Origin: Felis catus
Taxonomy: Eukaryota
Reading direction: 5' to 3'
Length of the DNA: 64,000 nt
Assembly (NCBI RefSeq): GCF_018350175.1
Contig: NC_058368.1
Span: forward strand, 121,584,001-121,648,000
In this document: piece after piece, positions 20,773 through 33,899 of the stretch
How the letters are laid out: the number at the start of each line of letters is the position of its first letter
Position numbering within the stretch: the first letter of the stretch is position 1
Notes under the pieces: generated by a model
The model's database searches: none
Told to the model about the DNA's origin: nothing
What the model saw: only the letters and a program-made list of their open reading frames with translations
Position numbers and translations under genes: made by a program

Positions 20773-23234
20773 AGCCCAGCTCCAAAACCTCACCATTCCT
20801 TCCTGTGACAGAGCCTCCCAGTGCCTGGGGCCTTGCTAGGCAACTCACCTCTTGGCAGATATAGTTAATGTCCAGCCCTCATAAATCAAGACCATAAAAA
20901 GCTTACTTTCATATGCACTCAATTTCTACCAAACCTAAACTAATTGCATAAATTCCTTTAGGCCACTCAGGGCTGCTCTCTGGGTTGGGATCTGATCAAT
21001 TAGTCATTAGGCACTCCATTAGCTGGGGTTTAAGCTGCCTCATATAAATGTCTCCTGTCAATTTGCTTGTAATTGAATGAATAAAAAAGGGTACAATTAT
21101 TAGCACAGAGGATCAGAATAAGGAGACGTCAATTTTATTGAAATATTCTAAAAATGTCTTAATCTAACAACAACAACAACAACAACAACAATTGAAGGCA
21201 TTTAGACACCAGCCACTGCAAGAGTCTCTGTCCATGTTAAGGAAAGGTCTGGCCTGAGACACAGTAACCTGAGTATATATCTATGCTCTGCACTCCACCC
21301 CCGCCCCCCACTCCCCAGAAACTAGTCTTTTCCACCCTCAGGGGAAAAGTTTCTTTACCTGTACAATGAGTAGGTTGGGGTGATTCTTTTTAAAATTATT
21401 TTTATATTTTGTCAGAGTAATTCATGCATTTAGTTTAAAATTGAACACAGTATGACAATTTGACCCATCCCCAACCTCAGCCATGTTTAGAGATTTCTTT
21501 TGGAAGCCAATTACGTGCCTAAATAGTATGATTTTGATACTATTTTTCTGTTTTTAAAATTCAGAGTTTATGTCTTCATGTTTTGATTAAAGAATACACA
21601 ATTCAAATTCAAAAGAACTAGAAGATTTGCAGTGAAAAGTCTTTCTCTCATCCTTGACACAAGTTACCCAGTTTCCTTTGTTGAAGTCAAATAACATTAT
21701 CAATTTCTTGTGTACACTCTAGAGACGTTTTATTAGCCGTCATATTTTGGCTTGTCGTTTTTGATCATGGTGCATTAATTTCTTGCTATGGTATCAGAGA
21801 ACTAGAAATGATAATAATCGTGAATAATCTTTTCATACCAAGAAACCTAGGAAATATACAAAATCAATATTTAAAAAATATGAACTGAATGGGCAGTTGA
21901 AAATTCTGATTTTTTTTTTGACCAAAAATTAATTTGGAGATGCAGACTCCATCATGTGTAAAAACTGTCTACTCGCAAACATAAAGAGTGTTTATAGATT
22001 GGTTTACATTCTACCACACCTCCTTCCAAACAGAATTTAAAGCAGCCTATCTGTAATTACTATGGAATCAGTAGTCATTTTTGGCATTTCTATGGAATCA
22101 GAGCTCATTTTTGCATCAAGAATTTTTCTTTGGTGGACACAGCAATGATGGAACTGGGAAAGACCTTGGTGACATCATTGAATAATCTGCCTAGGGTTGG
22201 GAATTGAACACCAGACTGGAGAAATTGCAGCTGAGCTCCTGTATGTGAGGGAATTGCAAACCTCAAAGCATAAATTCTGTCTCTGACAGAAATTCAAGAT
22301 GATGATCCTGATTGATGGATGATATACAGGAGACATTGTTCTTGGGGCAGGATTGATTTGTACTGAGTCCTGCATACTCTCTCAATAAATTCCTCTTGTA
22401 GTGAAAAGCATGGGTTGAAAGAGTTAACTAGGAGAATCAGAGTCACCTCTGTCAGCATACAGGCCACATGGTGCAGTGGGAAAGAACCTGAAATGTACAC
22501 AGAAAGGTCTGAGTTCCAGGCCTTACTCTCTTCTTTGTGATCTTGGCAACTCTATTCACTTTTCAGTGCCTCAGTTTCTCCAACTCTAATGTAAAGAATT
22601 GAATTAGATAACAGTTCAATTCTGGAGAGGATTCATGGACTCCTTTAAGAAGCCGAGGAAGTCTATTTGCTTAAGTCAGAAAAAGGTACATCTGTACACT
22701 CAAAATTTTGGCTAACTTCTTGAAGATCAACCATGTATCTGCTAGCACCCCATGAGTTTATGAGTTCCAGGTTAAGACCCCCTCGAGGAGGTCATCTAAA
22801 GACTCCTCTTCATATGACCATTTGAGTGTATGCTCAAATACCCATAGGCACTGAAACCAGCTTAGCAAACTGGGAAGAACTTTACTGAAGGTAAAAATAA
22901 AGTGTCAATTAGAGTATGAGCCAATTGTCAATAAAGACTCCAAATGGCTTCGGCAAAATTATTTTTCAGATCAATAATCAGTCTCCCAAGAGACAATGTA
23001 GTGGAGTGAAAAAAAAAGCACCACATTAGGGGTCAAAATCTAGTGTTGTAGTTTTTTTAAATCAGTTTGCCAACACGTAGAATTGAGATTTTGAGCTGGG
23101 GACTTCCCTGCTCTGACCCCCTCTTTTCTTACGGGTGAAATGAGAGAGTCTGGCCAGATAATTTCTGAAGCTTCCAGTTGTGACGTTATATGAGCTTCCA
23201 CGTGTGTAGACATTGGCATGTCTTACATTAAAAA

Positions 23235-23439
23235 TTTTTTTTTAATGTTTATTTATTTTTGAGAGAGAGAGAAAGAATGTGAGCGGGGGAGGAACAGAGA
23301 GAAAGAGAGAGAGTCGGAAGCAGGCTCCAAGCTCTGAGCTGTCAGCACAGAGCCCCACATGGGGCTCGAACTCATGAACTGTGAGATCATGACCTGAGCC
23401 GAAGTCGGAGCTTAACTGACTGAGCCACCCAGGTGTCCC
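23235..23439 (-). mobile_element. Can-SINE
   Basis: Reverse SINE; TSD ggcatgtcttacatt on both sides. Confidence 0.92.
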
Positions 23440-24099
23440 TTGCGTGGGCATGTCTTACATTTAACATTTGTTTTGGCTTATTTTAATTTTCTAATTTGTT
23501 TTCAAAATGATAGTTGTACAATCAAAGTAGAACTGGAAGGAGAGGCTACCAAGTGTGATGTCTGCTGGGTTCCCAGCATTGAGGCTTCTAAAACCGTGTG
23601 GCAGAAACACAACCCCACCTCCTAATGAAAAAATAAAAACACCAACAGTTTGTAAGTTTAAAAATTAAAGGCAGATTGGGGGGGTTGTAGGAGGCAGGAT
23701 GAAATGAAAACATTTTGTTAGACTAAAGAGTCCCGGCTCAGCCAAGCCAGTTCAACAGCAGGTCTGGGGAGCTCCAGCCCAGGAGATAGTAGAAGGACTA
23801 GGGGTTGTTATGGGCTGGGCAGGGTAGTACCTGGTCCCCAAGCCCATTCCAGCTCTGGCTGGAATCCACAGATAAGAGAATGCTGACTAGAGCTCCTGTT
23901 CTCAGCTCTCAGCTCTTCATTTTTTTCTCCCCACCCCTGTGACTTGGGTCAATGCTTGCTACTGCGAGCTCACTCAGCCTTTGAGGGTCTGTTTTACTGG
24001 TAACGTGGTTCAGGTAAAATGATTAGAGCATTGGCCACCTTCCACTCTTCTGTCTCCAGCTTCATGAGGTGTCTCCTGTCCTATAGTTTGTTTTGCCCC

Positions 24100-24395
24100 A
24101 GTTTTATTGAGAGATAATTGACAAATAACATTGCATAACCTTAAGGTGTGCAGCTAAGTGATTTGTTATATGGAGATACTGAAAATGATCACTGTAGTAA
24201 GATTAGTTAGCACCCATCACTTTACATAGTTGCCATTTTTTCCCTCATGGTGAGAACTTTTAAGGTCTACTCTCTAATCAACTTTCAATATATAATATAG
24301 TTTTGTTAACTATAGTCATCAAGTTGGACATTACATTCTCAACACTTATTTATTTTATAACTGGAACTTTGAAACTTTTGACAAACTTCGCCTAA
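24100..24395 (-). mobile_element. Old L1 (L1MA/L1_Carn-like) 3'UTR fragment
   Basis: cagttttattgagagataattgac...ttgttaactatagtcat...ataactggaactttg L1 3'-end motifs. Confidence 0.7.
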
Positions 24396-25348
24396 TTCCT
24401 ACATTCTATAGTTTTTAGTTCTTGAGTTTTTCTCTGATGGTATTGTAATATTGGTCATGGCTTTGGATAGGATGGCCCTATGATTTCTAGTGCTATTAGG
24501 TCATTCAGGGGGAGGCTCTGTATTTCTTGACTGTCACAGTAGGGTTTTTCCATCACGAGAAGAGTTTTAACATTATCTATTCAAATGCTTTATATTATCT
24601 ATGTTAGACACATGAAATCCTAGAATGTGAAGCAAAGAGAGTTCATAGAGATCCTCTGGCTGGAGAACATCATGTTGTATTTCTAGGGGCCCTTCTATCT
24701 ATATTTTTCACAATCTCTCCGTGGGACTCTGCCTCTGCTTACTTACACATATATAGGAAGATGTTTCATACACCTTTTTCTCCCTGCCAAGGTGCCCCAC
24801 CCCTGGAGTTTGGGTATATAGCCTTAATCACAAAATTGCTTTCAATACATTTTTCGTTACAGACAGAATAAAATTTACTATCCATTTCACAACACATCTG
24901 TGACTGTTTTGCCCTCCCCACCATCGCAATGTTACTTTACTTAAGGAATAAGTTGGGGCAGCACCAGAACCTGTGGTACAACCACACCCTGCACACTTAC
25001 ATGTGGTTCATAAGAACAAGTAGCTTAGATTGCCAGTAAATTCTAGTGCAACCTCTTTTATTATAGGGCAAAAACGAGACCGAAAAGCAAAGCAGTAGGT
25101 ATATAGTAAAATAACAGTAAAACAAGCGACAGCTTCGATGATCACTTTAGAACAGCAAGATTTAACACATTTTGAAATTAAGTCTATGAATGAGCTATTC
25201 TTTATTATCCTCCCAACCATACCCCTCCCCCAAAGGTGAAGGGAGGAAAGCAGGAAATTTAAAGGTACAGAGTGTTCCTATCTTAAAAGTACTGCTCTAA
25301 GATGTTTTACAAACCTAGGTGAAGTACATATATCATAACCCATATTTT

Positions 25349-25573
25349 ATTTTATTTTATTTTATTTTTTTCAACGTTTATTTATTTTTGGGACAGAGAG
25401 AGACAGAGCATGAACGGGGGAGGGGCAGAGAGAGAGGGAGACACAGAATCGGAAACAGGCTCCAGGCTCCGAGCCATCAGCCCAGAGCCCGACGCGGGGC
25501 TCGAACTCACGGACCGCGAGATCGTGACCTGGCTGAAGTCGGACGCTTAACCGACTGCGCCACCCAGGCGCCC
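25349..25573 (-). mobile_element. Young felid Can-SINE (SINEC_Fc-like)
   Basis: CpGs largely intact; perfect TSD ataacccatatttta. Confidence 0.95.
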
Positions 25574-26261
25574 GATAACCCATATTTTAAAAATGAGGTG
25601 TCTGAAAGGTGAAACAACTTGTCCAAAGTCATACAACTATAAATCATAGAACCTAGGAGTTCAATCCAGAGTTGTCTGCCTCTAGGGCTGTACTCTTCCC
25701 ACTATGCCATGCTTGCTCCTGTGGACTTACATTTTTAGAGATGATATCTGAGGGACTTTTATGTGAAAGAAGCTTGTTCTATGGGCCCCGAAGGGGTGTA
25801 ATTAGATAAGAAATGAAAATCGCGGTAAGAAAAATTTAGTTTCTTGTAAGAAGAGGGCTCTGGTAGTCAATATGGTCGAAGGAGTGGGCTGTGCTGTGAA
25901 TCCCTGCTCTGGAGCATTCAAGCAGAGATGTTAGTGAGTGATGCTGGGGAGTGGTGTAGATGGTGGGTTTCAGCATCAGCTGTTCGGTTGAATGAGGTCA
26001 TGTCCCCTTCCAAGCTGAGAGCTACTGCTGCTCTGGATGTTTGTTCAGTCTTAGATACCTCCTGTGAAAAATATAAAGGACTATCTCCTCTAAAAAATGT
26101 ACAACTTCCTTAAAGAGGCTTGGAAAATAAATATTATCTTAATATTTTTATTCTTGAATTTGCCTTTTAGAATACTGAAATATATACTTGAAGCCAATAA
26201 TAATAAAAACATTACATTTGGCTCCTTGACCAATTTACCATATTCGAAGAACTTAGGGTCT

Positions 26262-26445
26262 GGGCGCCTGGGTGACTCAGTTGGTTAAGCATTCGACTTT
26301 TGATTTCAGCTCAGGTCATGATCTCATGATCTCATGGTTTGTGAGTTCAAGCTCGGCTTGGGATTCTCTTTTTGTAATCTGTCTCTCTGCCCCTTCTTCA
26401 TGTGTGCTCTCTCTCTCAAAATAAATATATCAACTTAAAAAAAAA
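26262..26445 (+). mobile_element. Can-SINE (internally deleted)
   Basis: gggcgcctgggtgactcag head and A tail. Confidence 0.88.
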
Positions 26446-26596
26446 GAAGAACCCAGTTTATTGAGGCTCACTAGAGTCTTCGGGGAAAATGGGAGCTGTC
26501 ACTGAAAAATGTTTTTGTAGAGTAGGGACTAGATTGGGGGCCTTGAGTGCCTTTTTCCACTGCCATCACTTTATCTTCTCTCTCATCTTTTCCTTC

Positions 26597-26826
26597 TTTT
26601 TTTAAAAATTTGCTTTGAGACAGAGAGAGAGAAGGAGAGAGAGACAGAGAGAGAGAGAGCAAGCTGGGGAGAGGCAGAGAGAGAGAAAAAGAGAGAGAAT
26701 CCCAAGTAGACTTCACACTGCCAGCATGGAGCCTGATGAGGGGCGTGAACTCATGAACCATGAGATCATGACCTGAGCTGAAGTCTAGAGTTGGATGCTT
26801 AACTGAGTGAGCCACCCAGGTGCCCC
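26597..26826 (-). mobile_element. Can-SINE
   Basis: Reverse SINE with (GA)n; TSD ttttccttct. Confidence 0.9.
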
Positions 26827-26841
26827 ACGTATTTTCCTTCT

Positions 26842-26878
<37 letters not shown>

Positions 26879-27067
26879 TCCTTCAGTTCTTTCCCTGTCT
26901 CCTTTTCTTTTCCCTATCACAGTGTCAAAGTGCTTGGGAGGACTGGTTACTGTTTTTAAGTTTCTCATTTGGACCCTTGAGTGTTCCAGAGGCAGCAGGC
27001 TATGAGGCTAAATATGCCCCAAGCCAGGGCTCAATTGCCAAAAGGCAGACTGAACATGTGAAGGGAA

Positions 27068-27292
27068 GGGGCACCTGGGTGGCTCAGTCAGTTAAGCCTC
27101 TGACTTTGGCTCAGTTCATGATCTTGCGTTCTGTGAGTTTGAGCCCTATGTCAGGCTCTGTGCTGACAGCTTAGAGCCTGGAGCCTGCTTTGGATTCTGT
27201 GTCTCCTTCTCTCTCTGCCCCTCCACCTCTCATGTTCTGTCTCTGTCTCTCCCTCTCTCTCAAAAATAAGTAAACATTTAAAAATTTTAAAA
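27068..27292 (+). mobile_element. Can-SINE
   Basis: TSD gaacatgtgaagggaa. Confidence 0.93.
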
Positions 27293-28520
27293 GAACATGT
27301 GAAGGGAAGACATACCAAAATAAGAAAGAATGTTTTGGAAGACTTCAACTTTTGATATTTTAAAAAAGCATCCTTACAGTCAAGTTCAGAATTGTGTTAG
27401 ACTTCCTGAGGTAGTGATTTTAACTTCATACAGGGAAAGGGTAGCAAAGCATTAAGTGTTTAAAGCTTCTCAAGATCTTCCTTTGACCCAACATAAAATA
27501 AATACAATTACAAGACTAATTATGAATACCCTGAACTGTGACTTTTTTTTTTCATTCCCTAGCACAGTTTGACCAAAAAACTGAAGAAAAGTAGAGTGTC
27601 TTCTAATTTCTGTGTGTATGCCTGGCTTCATGAGAAATAGCTGAGGTCTAGAAATATAATGGATTCATTGAACAGATATGTGTTATGTTATTACTATGTG
27701 ACAGGTCCTGCTTAAGGTGCCGGGGACTGAGCAGGGAACTTGGGACTCTCTCCCTGTGCTCATGGAGCTTACACGCAAATTGGAGACTAGCGGTATCTCA
27801 TTCCTGGGACTCCGGACCAAACCGTTAAGTATTAACCAAGTTAACCCGACCTTTATCTGTCTGTAGTGTTTGGGAGCCGGTCCCAACCTTTCTGAGTATC
27901 TCTGTTCACATAGTATATAATATATGAATACTGTTCTCCTCCTTTCTCACCCCTGTCTGGAGAGAAAAGTCACAGAAATTGAAACGAAGAAATAAACAAT
28001 AACCCCCAAAGCCTAGTGACTTAACATCAGTTGGCACCAAGTTATGGAACTCAACCATGATTTTTTTTTTTTTTTCAAAAAATGACAAGAGGAAGTAACA
28101 ATCGGCTGGAGAGGATGGTGTGTGTTCCTGGCAATCACAGTTGGCCACTACACTGTTGGAGCCGCTTCCTTTGTCTCCCTCTGGGCCACTGATTGCATGG
28201 ATTCACATTTCATATAGCCTTCCTCTATGTCCGTGATGCACTGAGATGGACACATCTTCTCCAGAACACACCAACTACCGATTTCTATGTAGCTGGACTC
28301 TTCAGAGTTTAAGCCCCAGTTAAAATGATTACACAGGGTGGGGGGAGCATAAGAAGAGCTGCTTTTTTTTTTTTTTTTTTCCTGAGAGAGGAGAGGTTTG
28401 ATGGCAACAAGGCAACACTGATTACCTTCTAGGATAGTCAGAAACTAGGTTGGTTAGAAATTAGGTAATGCTTGTGTTACTCCCAGGAATCAGAGCAAGA
28501 TTCCTTTTCTTTCAAACTTC

Positions 28521-28734
28521 TTTTTTTTTTAATTTTTTAATGTTTATTTATTTTTGAGACAGAGAGAGACAGAGCATGAACAGGGGAGGGGCAGAGAGAG
28601 AGGGAGACACAGAATCTGAAACAGGCTCCAAGCTGTCAGCACAGAGCCCAACGCGGGGCTTGAACTCAGGAACTGTGAGATCATGACCTGAGCTGAAGTC
28701 GGACACTTAACCGACCGAGCCACCCAGGTGCCCC
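28521..28734 (-). mobile_element. Can-SINE
   Basis: TSD tcaaacttctttt. Confidence 0.93.
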
Positions 28735-28766
28735 TCAAACTTCTTTTTAAAATGAAAGTTGTATGT

Positions 28767-28977
28767 GGGGCACCTGTGTGGCTTATTTGGTTGAGCATCA
28801 GAGTCTTGACTTTGGCGCAGTGCTGTTGTCACGGTTCGTGGGATCCAGCCCCGCACTGGGCTCTGCGCTGACAGTGTGGAGCCTGGTTGGGATTCTCCGT
28901 CTCCCTCTCTCTCTCTCTCTGCCCCTCCCTTGCTTGCTCACTGTGTCTCAAAATAAATAAGTAAACTTAAAAAAAAA
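28767..28977 (+). mobile_element. Can-SINE
   Basis: TSD aaagttgtatgtg / aaagctgtatgtg. Confidence 0.9.
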
Positions 28978-29238
28978 GCTGTATGTGTCCATAATTTCAA
29001 AGTTCAAATAATTTAGCAAAGTGGCTAAATTGAAGGGGCGGCTTCCTTGAAGATTCTCTAATGCTAGTTTTTTTGCTTTTCCTCTTTGGATTGGTTAATT
29101 CCCAGAGAAAAATCTCTGTTTCCTGTTTTAAGCATGTATGTCTGGCTGTTCACATTCACAGTTCTGAGTGACAGAAAAGGAATGTGATTTTCAACATTTA
29201 GAACGTAAAATGTATATAATTCCTCTGTTTTCTTTCTT

Positions 29239-29448
29239 TTTTTTTAACATTTATTTATTTTTGAGACAGAGAGAGACAGAGCATGAACGGGGGAGGGGCA
29301 GAGAGAGAGGGAGACACAGAATCGGAAGCAGGCTCCAGGCTCTGAGCCGTCAGCCCAGAGCCCGACGCAGGGCTCGAACTCACGGACCGGGAGATCGTGA
29401 CCTGAGCCGAAGTTGGATGCTCAACTGACTGAGCCACCCAGGCGCCCC
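29239..29448 (-). mobile_element. Young felid Can-SINE
   Basis: Many CpGs retained; TSD aattcctctgtttt / aatttctctgtttt. Confidence 0.93.
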
Positions 29449-30996
29449 TAATTTCTCTGTTTTCAATGTAGTTTCCCACCCTTAACTGTGGTCGGTGTCC
29501 CCAAAAACCCCACGTACACTTTTCTAGTGAATAAACTGCCAGCATTCTGTCAGGTTTGGGTCAGACAGTTGCCCACCTGCACCAAGTGGTTGAGGTAGGT
29601 CTGAGTTCTCATCTGAAGGTCTAACCGCTTTGTAAACACGCTCTCGGCCAAGTCACCTGTTTGCAGCCGCCTCTTAACTCCAACCTCCAGAGATAGGAGG
29701 TACTGTCACTTTGCAAGTCTCAGGAATTTGCTCTGCCTTTGGGGTTGCTTCTCAGCATTCCCCCCTGCTGACTTAGGATTCAGCTTTTGTGTGTCTACTA
29801 TCATTTACCTCTTACTTGCTGTCCAGTTTCCAAAAAAAATTTTTTTGGTAATTGTCTTTTTTTTTTTTAATTCTCTTTGTCCCTGTAGGCTTAGGCTTTA
29901 AATATCCTTTAATTATCATTTTACAATTAGGTTCTGGGAGAAAGGGAGCTGATGTATGTGTTCGGTCTCCTACTCTAACTGGAAGTCTCCATAGCGGGGA
30001 TTCTGAACGAAGGCCTGAGAAATTCCTGGAAGAGTCATGGATGTACTTTGAAGGGCGTCTTTGTATAACCCCCCTGAAACTTTATGCAAAATTAAGTGTC
30101 TTTCTATGTATATTCCCACCATTATTAAGTCTATAGGTTTTATCAAATTCTCAAAGTGATCTGTCCTCAAAATCTCAGTATTGTCTCTCCAGAGGCCAAG
30201 TTTATGTTACATTGTGAAGAAAGTGGCATAAGCTTAAAGATCCTCAAATTTGGGAAATAGCAGACCAGCCCAAACTTTCCAGCCCTGGTAATAGATGAAG
30301 GTTCAATCACTGGGACTGAACAGCCCTTGAAGACCAGTTCATTCCTATTCATTGTGCCACATCTTTCTTGTCTGGGGCCCAAGAACCATGCAGCAGGCCT
30401 GAGGAGAGAGCACTCACGTGTTTGAAATTACAGGTGGAAAGTAAGTGATGAAACCTTTGAGACGATCCTTGCAGACCAACAGATCCAAATGCCAGAAGGG
30501 CAAGTAGATGAGAACAGTGAGCCACATGTCAGTGGCAGAGTGGTTGCAGAATTGCGGGGAACCGGAGGGTCTGTTGCCGCCCTAAAAGGGGCAGAAGTTA
30601 CCCAGCATCAACCCGTGACTGCTGTGTGGGGAAATGAAACCAAGGTAAGCAAATCTTGTGATTTTTTTTCAAGAGACCCTGGAAATCTAAATTTCTACCA
30701 TGTGATACCTACTTGCCTTTCCTTCCTTAAAATAAAAGTTAAAGCAACAACAACAACAACCAAGTAGGCTAAACTACACACATATGTAGGCCAGATTGAA
30801 CTCACAGACCACCAATTTGTGATACCTCATTTGCTCCAGTCTTCTTCTGCATTCTTGGAACCCGTGGCCCAGAATGAGGATGCTTCCATGTCAGTGTTGC
30901 CCAAGAGAAGGGCCCAAGAGATTGGGTTTTGGATCTCACAGGGTGGCTGTGAGTCCTTCCTGTATAAAAGGGTGGAAATTGGTGGCATTGGAGTGC

Positions 30997-31000
<4 letters not shown>

Positions 31001-31046
<46 letters not shown>
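31001..31046. repeat. (GA)n microsatellite
   Basis: Read directly from the sequence. Confidence 0.95.
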
Positions 31047-31050
<4 letters not shown>

Positions 31051-31235
31051 GAGGCAGAGTATATGGGGAAGGAAGGGAAGACTCTGGTGAAGAGATAAGA
31101 TGAAAAGACAGTGTTGGCTTAGGCTCCAATAGCTATACTTCTCAGAGTTTGATTAAAAAGTTGTACAAAATTGGGGGGAAATGAGGGTTGGGTAGGCAAC
31201 ACTACTGAGTACTTTTAAGATATTTTAGAAATGTC

Positions 31236-31422
31236 CAATGCTGTCCAATAAAACTTTTTATAATTATGAAAATGTTTTCTATATCTGCACTGTCCAATAT
31301 GGTAGCCAGTAGCCACACGTGGCTGCTAAGCACTTGAAATGAGGCTAATGCAACCGAAGAAGTGAATTCTTCATTTAATTTAAATCTAAAAGGGCTCCTG
31401 GCTACTGAACGGGGCAGTGCCA
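31236..31422. mobile_element. MER3-like hAT-Charlie DNA transposon remnant
   Basis: gctgtccaata...ctgtccaatatggtagccagtagccacacgtggctgctaagcacttgaaat resembles the MER3 consensus. Confidence 0.8.
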
Positions 31423-31521
31423 GTTGGATCATTATATCCCACCATGTGTTATGTCTTCCTTCATGGGTTGCATGTGAATAATTAAGAGAGAAAACCATGT
31501 CTTTGTAGCTACACCCACCCC

Positions 31522-31523
<2 letters not shown>

Positions 31524-31566
<43 letters not shown>
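31524..31566. repeat. (AC)n microsatellite
   Basis: Read directly from the sequence. Confidence 0.95.
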
Positions 31567-31567
<1 letters not shown>

Positions 31568-32079
31568 TCAGCCCATGATTTCATGGCTACTGTTACCTGA
31601 CTGAGACGGAGTTTAAAAAGGGAGCGAATTTAAGAAAAATGTTTAGGAGTCATTTTTAGTAAACATATCTAATAAATAGCATTTACAAAGTATATATGGC
31701 AGTTATAAAGGTCATACAAATGACTGAAATTTGGCAATCAATGAGATTTATAGATATTTACTGAATTGTGGACTACACACCACTGGTCACTCACATCGTG
31801 TCACCATCAGAAGTATCCCATGGACAAGTTAAATAAGTTTGGGCAATTTTCAAAGAGTTTTGTTGTTATTGTTATTGCTGCTGAGCTGCAGAACTTTTCA
31901 GAGTCTATTATAAGGTGGAATGAACGTGAATCTCCAAGACAGAAATCCAGAATGTAGCATTTCTCACACATAATTGACCAGGGAATGTCGGCTGTCCATT
32001 TTTTTTTTTTCTCACGGGCCTCCATGTTTTAAGGGATGCTAGTGTTCCTTAGAACCTAGTTTGGAAATGATGTGGCGTA

Positions 32080-32470
32080 GTTTTTCTCGATGGGTCAGAA
32101 AGTAAATAATTTAGGTTTTGTGGTCATACTGTCTGTTGCCCCTATTTAACTCTGCCATTATAGGGCAGTGGGACCCCTAGATAATACATAAACAAATGGG
32201 CATGGCTGTGTTCTTAGACACCTTTGTTTATAAAAACAGGCAGCCAGGGGCACCTGGGTGGCTCAGTTGATTGAGCCTCTGACTTGGGCTCAGGTCATGA
32301 TCTCATGGTTCATGAGTTCGAGCCCCACCTCAGGCTCACTGCTGTCAGCCTGTCAGCCCACTTCAGATCCTCTGTTACCCTCTCTTTGCCCCTCCCCTGC
32401 TTATGCTCTCACCAAAGTAAATAAATATTTAAAAAAAAAAAGCAACAACAGGCAGTGGGCTGGATAGAGG
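32080..32470. mobile_element. MER58A-like DNA transposon interrupted by a Can-SINE
   Basis: agtaaataatttaggttttgtgg...aatgggcatggctgtgttc...aaaaacaggcag resembles MER58A. Confidence 0.7.
32247..32445 (+). mobile_element. Can-SINE nested in MER58
   Basis: SINE head and tail; TSD aacaggcag. Confidence 0.9.
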
Positions 32471-32866
32471 AAGCGGCATTGCAGGAGACACCTTGCCAGT
32501 TTCTTGTTTTGCCAACCATTAACTTGAACTTGACTTGGGCGGGTCCCATGACTTGGCCCTTCGGCCCCTGTCTGAAAAACGAGAGTGATGGTACTAGCAA
32601 CTAACATTTATTGAGCATCCACGATGTGCCAGCCAGGTACCCTACCAGGCTCTGGGTAAAGACAGGTGAGGTGCCTGCCCTCATGGAGACCGAAGAGTAT
32701 GACTGACAGTAACTGCTACGGTTTGATGTATCAAGTTACTTGGGGTAAAATGTGGGAATAAGACTTAACCTGAAGACATTTTTATTGATTGATTCCTTAC
32801 CATGAACCAGTCACCTTCTCTTAAATGTAGGATCTCCTTTGAGATAAGCACTCTCATCCCCATTTT

Positions 32867-33682
32867 TTTAAATTTTAATTTAATTAAAAATTTTTTTTAA
32901 AATTTACATCCAAATTAGTTAGCATATAGTGCAACAATGATTTCAGGAGTAGATCCCTTAGTGCCCCTTACCCCTTTAGCCCATCCCCCCTCCCACAACC
33001 CCTCCTGTAACCCTCAGTTTGTTTTCCATATTTATGAGTCTCTTCTGTTTTGTCCCCCTCCCTGTTTTTATATTATTTTTGTTTCCCTTCCCTTATGTTC
33101 ATTTGTTTGTCTCTTAAAGTCCTCATATGAGTGAAGCCATACGATTTTTGTCTTTCTCTGACTAATTTCACTTAGCATAATACCCTCCAGGTCCATCCAC
33201 ATAGTTGCAAATAGCAAAATTTCCTTCTTTTTGATTGCCGAGTAATACTCCATTGTATATCTATACCACATCTTCTTTATCCATTCATCCATCGATGGAC
33301 ATATGGGCTCTTTCCATACTTTGGCTATTGTTGATAGTGCTGCTATAAACATGGGGGTGCATGTGTCCCTTCGAAACAGCACACCTGTATCCCTTGGATA
33401 AATGCCTAGTAGTGCAATTGCTGGGTCGTAGGGTAGTTCTATTTTTAGTTTTTTGAGGAACCTCCATACTGTTTTCCAGAGTGGCTGCACCGGTTTGCAT
33501 TCCCACCAGCAGTGCAAAAGAGATCCTCTTTCTCTGCACCCATGCCAACAACTGTTGTTGCCTGAATTGTTAATCTTAGCCATTCTGACAGGTGTAAGGT
33601 GGTATCTCATGGTGGTTTTGATTTGTATTTCCCTGATGATGAGTGAAGTTGAGCGTTTTTTCACGTGTCGGTTAGCCATCTG
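32867..33682 (-). mobile_element. 5'-truncated carnivore L1 (ORF2 C-terminus + 3'UTR), inserted in a MIR
   Basis: Minus-strand ORF 33068..33679 gives L1 ORF2p C-terminal motifs ([30 protein letters not shown]). Poly-T tail; TSD tcatccccatttt at 32854-32866 and 33683-33695. Confidence 0.95.
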
Positions 33683-33899
33683 TCATCCCCATTTTACAAG
33701 TGTGAAAACTGTAGCACAGAGAGGTTAAATATCTTCCCTAAAAGCACACAGCTAGGAAGGGGCCAAGTAGGGACTTTAGGACTTTGTGATATCAAATCTC
33801 CTGCTCCTTCCTTTATGCCCTACTCACCTCACAACATACGCTGAAGCTCAAATGAGAATATATGTGAAGTGCTCAGCCTGACATAGAATGGATGCTTTT

